The notes below the pieces were generated by a model. That model saw only the letters and a program-made list of their open reading frames with translations. It was not told the origin of the DNA and searched no databases. Below are positions 5,469 through 6,069 of a stretch of 6,069 bases of DNA, piece after piece. A program made the translations under genes and the position numbers. The number at the start of each line of letters is the position of its first letter. The stretch's first letter is position 1. Origin of the DNA: a virus. The stretch spans positions 1-6,069 of IMG/VR virus record IMGVR_UViG_3300045988_012314; one strand, written 5' to 3'.

Positions 5469-5727
5469 TGGCGTTTGAACGGTGATGGAGCAATAGAGGG
5501 CGCATAGCCCTCCTTAGCGACTAGCACCTTGATATCGACGAAGTCGCACACCACGACCTTTGGTCGGGTGCATGTCACTCCTTATCCCGTTCTTAAGGTA
5601 GCCGCCTCTCGGATAAAGGCATATCTCACCCTCCCGTTATACACCCTTGGCCGCCCGGCCTAGAGGTGTTAAATACAGACCCGTGTGATGTTAACACGGT
5701 ACCCGTTGGATATGCCCGAGCACAGCC
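5456..5727 (-). other. GC-rich, non-coding, highly self-complementary element (candidate structured ncRNA, Rep 3'-UTR structure, or ssDNA complementary-strand origin); class unknown
   Basis: By my count 5461..5730 has 148/270 G+C (55%), against 25% for 5341..5460 and 30% for 5731..5790. Stop codons occur in all - strand frames, and the longest ATG ORF is 15 codons. There are at least eight nested helices, with coordinates given in the findings. The strand assignment is tentative. It rests on three G-T pairs that exist only when the - strand is folded. Confidence 0.55.
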
Positions 5728-6069
5728 TTATGTGTAATACTGGTTATAATATAGATTGGCGAATGTATCAATGTCTTTATTAAACTGCTCTTGTTCTCTT
5801 TCCTCTTTTTTTCTTTCCTTCTCGGCGACCATAGTCGCTTTAGATTCCATCCACTGACGTTGTTTTTTGAGCCTGTTAAGGTATTTTCTTTCTTCCCATT
5901 CTTTGGGATTGTCGTAATACAGTCTTTCACAGCGTTCTCGTTCGCTTACGAGTACACCCATATATCGTGATTCTTCGGTCTTTAGGTCTATTTTTGTTCC
6001 TAGTACGTATACAATTCCTTTTTCGATTTTGTCTAGGAATAGTTTTTCACGTTCTTCTTCTGTAAATAG
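5728..6069 (-). CDS. VP4: Replication initiation protein VP4/Rep, C-terminal part (5993..6069 duplicates 1..77); stop TAA at 5730..5728
   Basis: The listed 77-aa ORF 5728..5961 is in frame with the ORF leaving the window at position 1. The nucleotide index of 5961 within the gene is 773+(5992-5961)+1 = 805, which is the first base of codon 269. The junction reads ...GIVYVLGTKIDLKTEESRYMGVLVSERER.... The total is 773+265 = 1,038 nt, or 345 aa plus stop. The C-terminal tail is Lys/Glu-rich. Confidence 0.92.
   Translation of the reverse strand, partial: LFTEEEREKLFLDKIEKGIVYVLGTKIDLKTEESRYMGVLVSERERCERLYYDNPKEWEERKYLNRLKKQRQWMESKATMVAEKERKKEEREQEQFNKDIDTFANLYYNQYYT
5993..6069. repeat. Terminal direct repeat, copy 2 (identical to 1..77)
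   Basis: See copy 1. Confidence 0.95.

Noticed and set aside
5458-5505. 15-codon mini-ORF (MRPLLLHHRSNATEA) preceded by AAGGAGGG inside the GC-rich element
   Set aside because: The spacer between the SD core GGAGG and the ATG is only 3 nt, and the SD core and the ATG both lie within the 5496..5512 hairpin. It is more likely a by-product of the helix sequence. It is noted only because it ends in the same 13-nt repeat and frame as the 49-aa ORF.
5528-5535. CTTGATAT, matching 8 nt around the phiX174 origin nick site (CAACTTG/ATATTAATAAC)
   Set aside because: It is on the + strand of the window, which is the complementary, non-viral strand here. An 8-mer match somewhere in 12 kb of two-strand sequence is expected about 0.2 times by chance. 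The similar ATATTAA after the 5192..5208 hairpin is an AT-only 7-mer in AT-rich DNA. I cannot identify the Rep nick site.
5647-5674. dif/XerCD-like site (GGTGTTAAAT resembles the XerD arm TTATGTTAAAT)
   Set aside because: Only 8 of 11 positions match in one arm, and the would-be XerC arm (TTGGCCGCCCG) does not resemble any dif arm I know. It is not enough to call an integration site, though a BLAST of the whole element against host genomes would settle it.
5691-5930. 79-aa ORF overlapping the Rep C-terminus in another frame and extending 37 nt into the GC-rich element
   Set aside because: It is open mainly because the underlying Rep tail is a purine-rich Lys/Glu repeat that lacks stop codons in several frames. 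It has no start context, and I treat it as a frame artefact unless relatives conserve it.
5728-5961. The listed 77-aa ORF as an independent gene, or an A*-like internal initiation product
   Set aside because: It is simply the in-frame C-terminal part of Rep beginning at an internal Met. Nothing in the sequence, such as an SD motif upstream, supports separate initiation.

Overview
The window is one complete circular genome of a small ssDNA phage of the family Microviridae, linearised inside its replication gene. The first 77 nt (1..77) are identical to the last 77 nt (5993..6069). The true unit is therefore 5,992 nt, and the repeat is most simply an assembly overlap of a circle. All credible genes lie on the - strand, so the packaged, mRNA-sense strand is the reverse complement of what is shown. 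Read in gene sense around the circle, the order is as follows. (1) A block of five small ORFan genes of 49, 67, 84, 68 and 90 aa. (2) The major capsid protein VP1 (644 aa). (3) A 105-aa ORF. (4) The pilot/minor capsid protein VP2 (344 aa). (5) The rolling-circle initiator VP4/Rep (345 aa), which crosses the window ends and is missing from the ORF track; I rebuilt it by hand. (6) A roughly 270-nt non-coding block. Genome size, VP1 length and the Rep N-terminus (MCLYPK...) resemble gut or Bacteroidetes-associated (Alpavirinae-like) microviruses, but I could not run any search to confirm that. The most unusual part is 5456..5727. It is about 55% G+C against flanks of 25-30%, has no meaningful ORF, and is densely self-complementary, sitting between the Rep stop codon and a promoter-like AT-rich stretch. 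It is a candidate structured ncRNA or ssDNA complementary-strand origin, and I cannot assign it to any known class by eye. Secondary points are: an unlisted 49-aa gene with a near-perfect Shine-Dalgarno site and a Bacteroides-type promoter match; a 13-nt direct repeat bracketing that module; a small membrane-anchored protein that may be the lysis factor; and a hairpin cluster between the 105-aa ORF that follows VP1 and VP2. I saw no tRNA, rRNA, CRISPR array, integrase or transposase.
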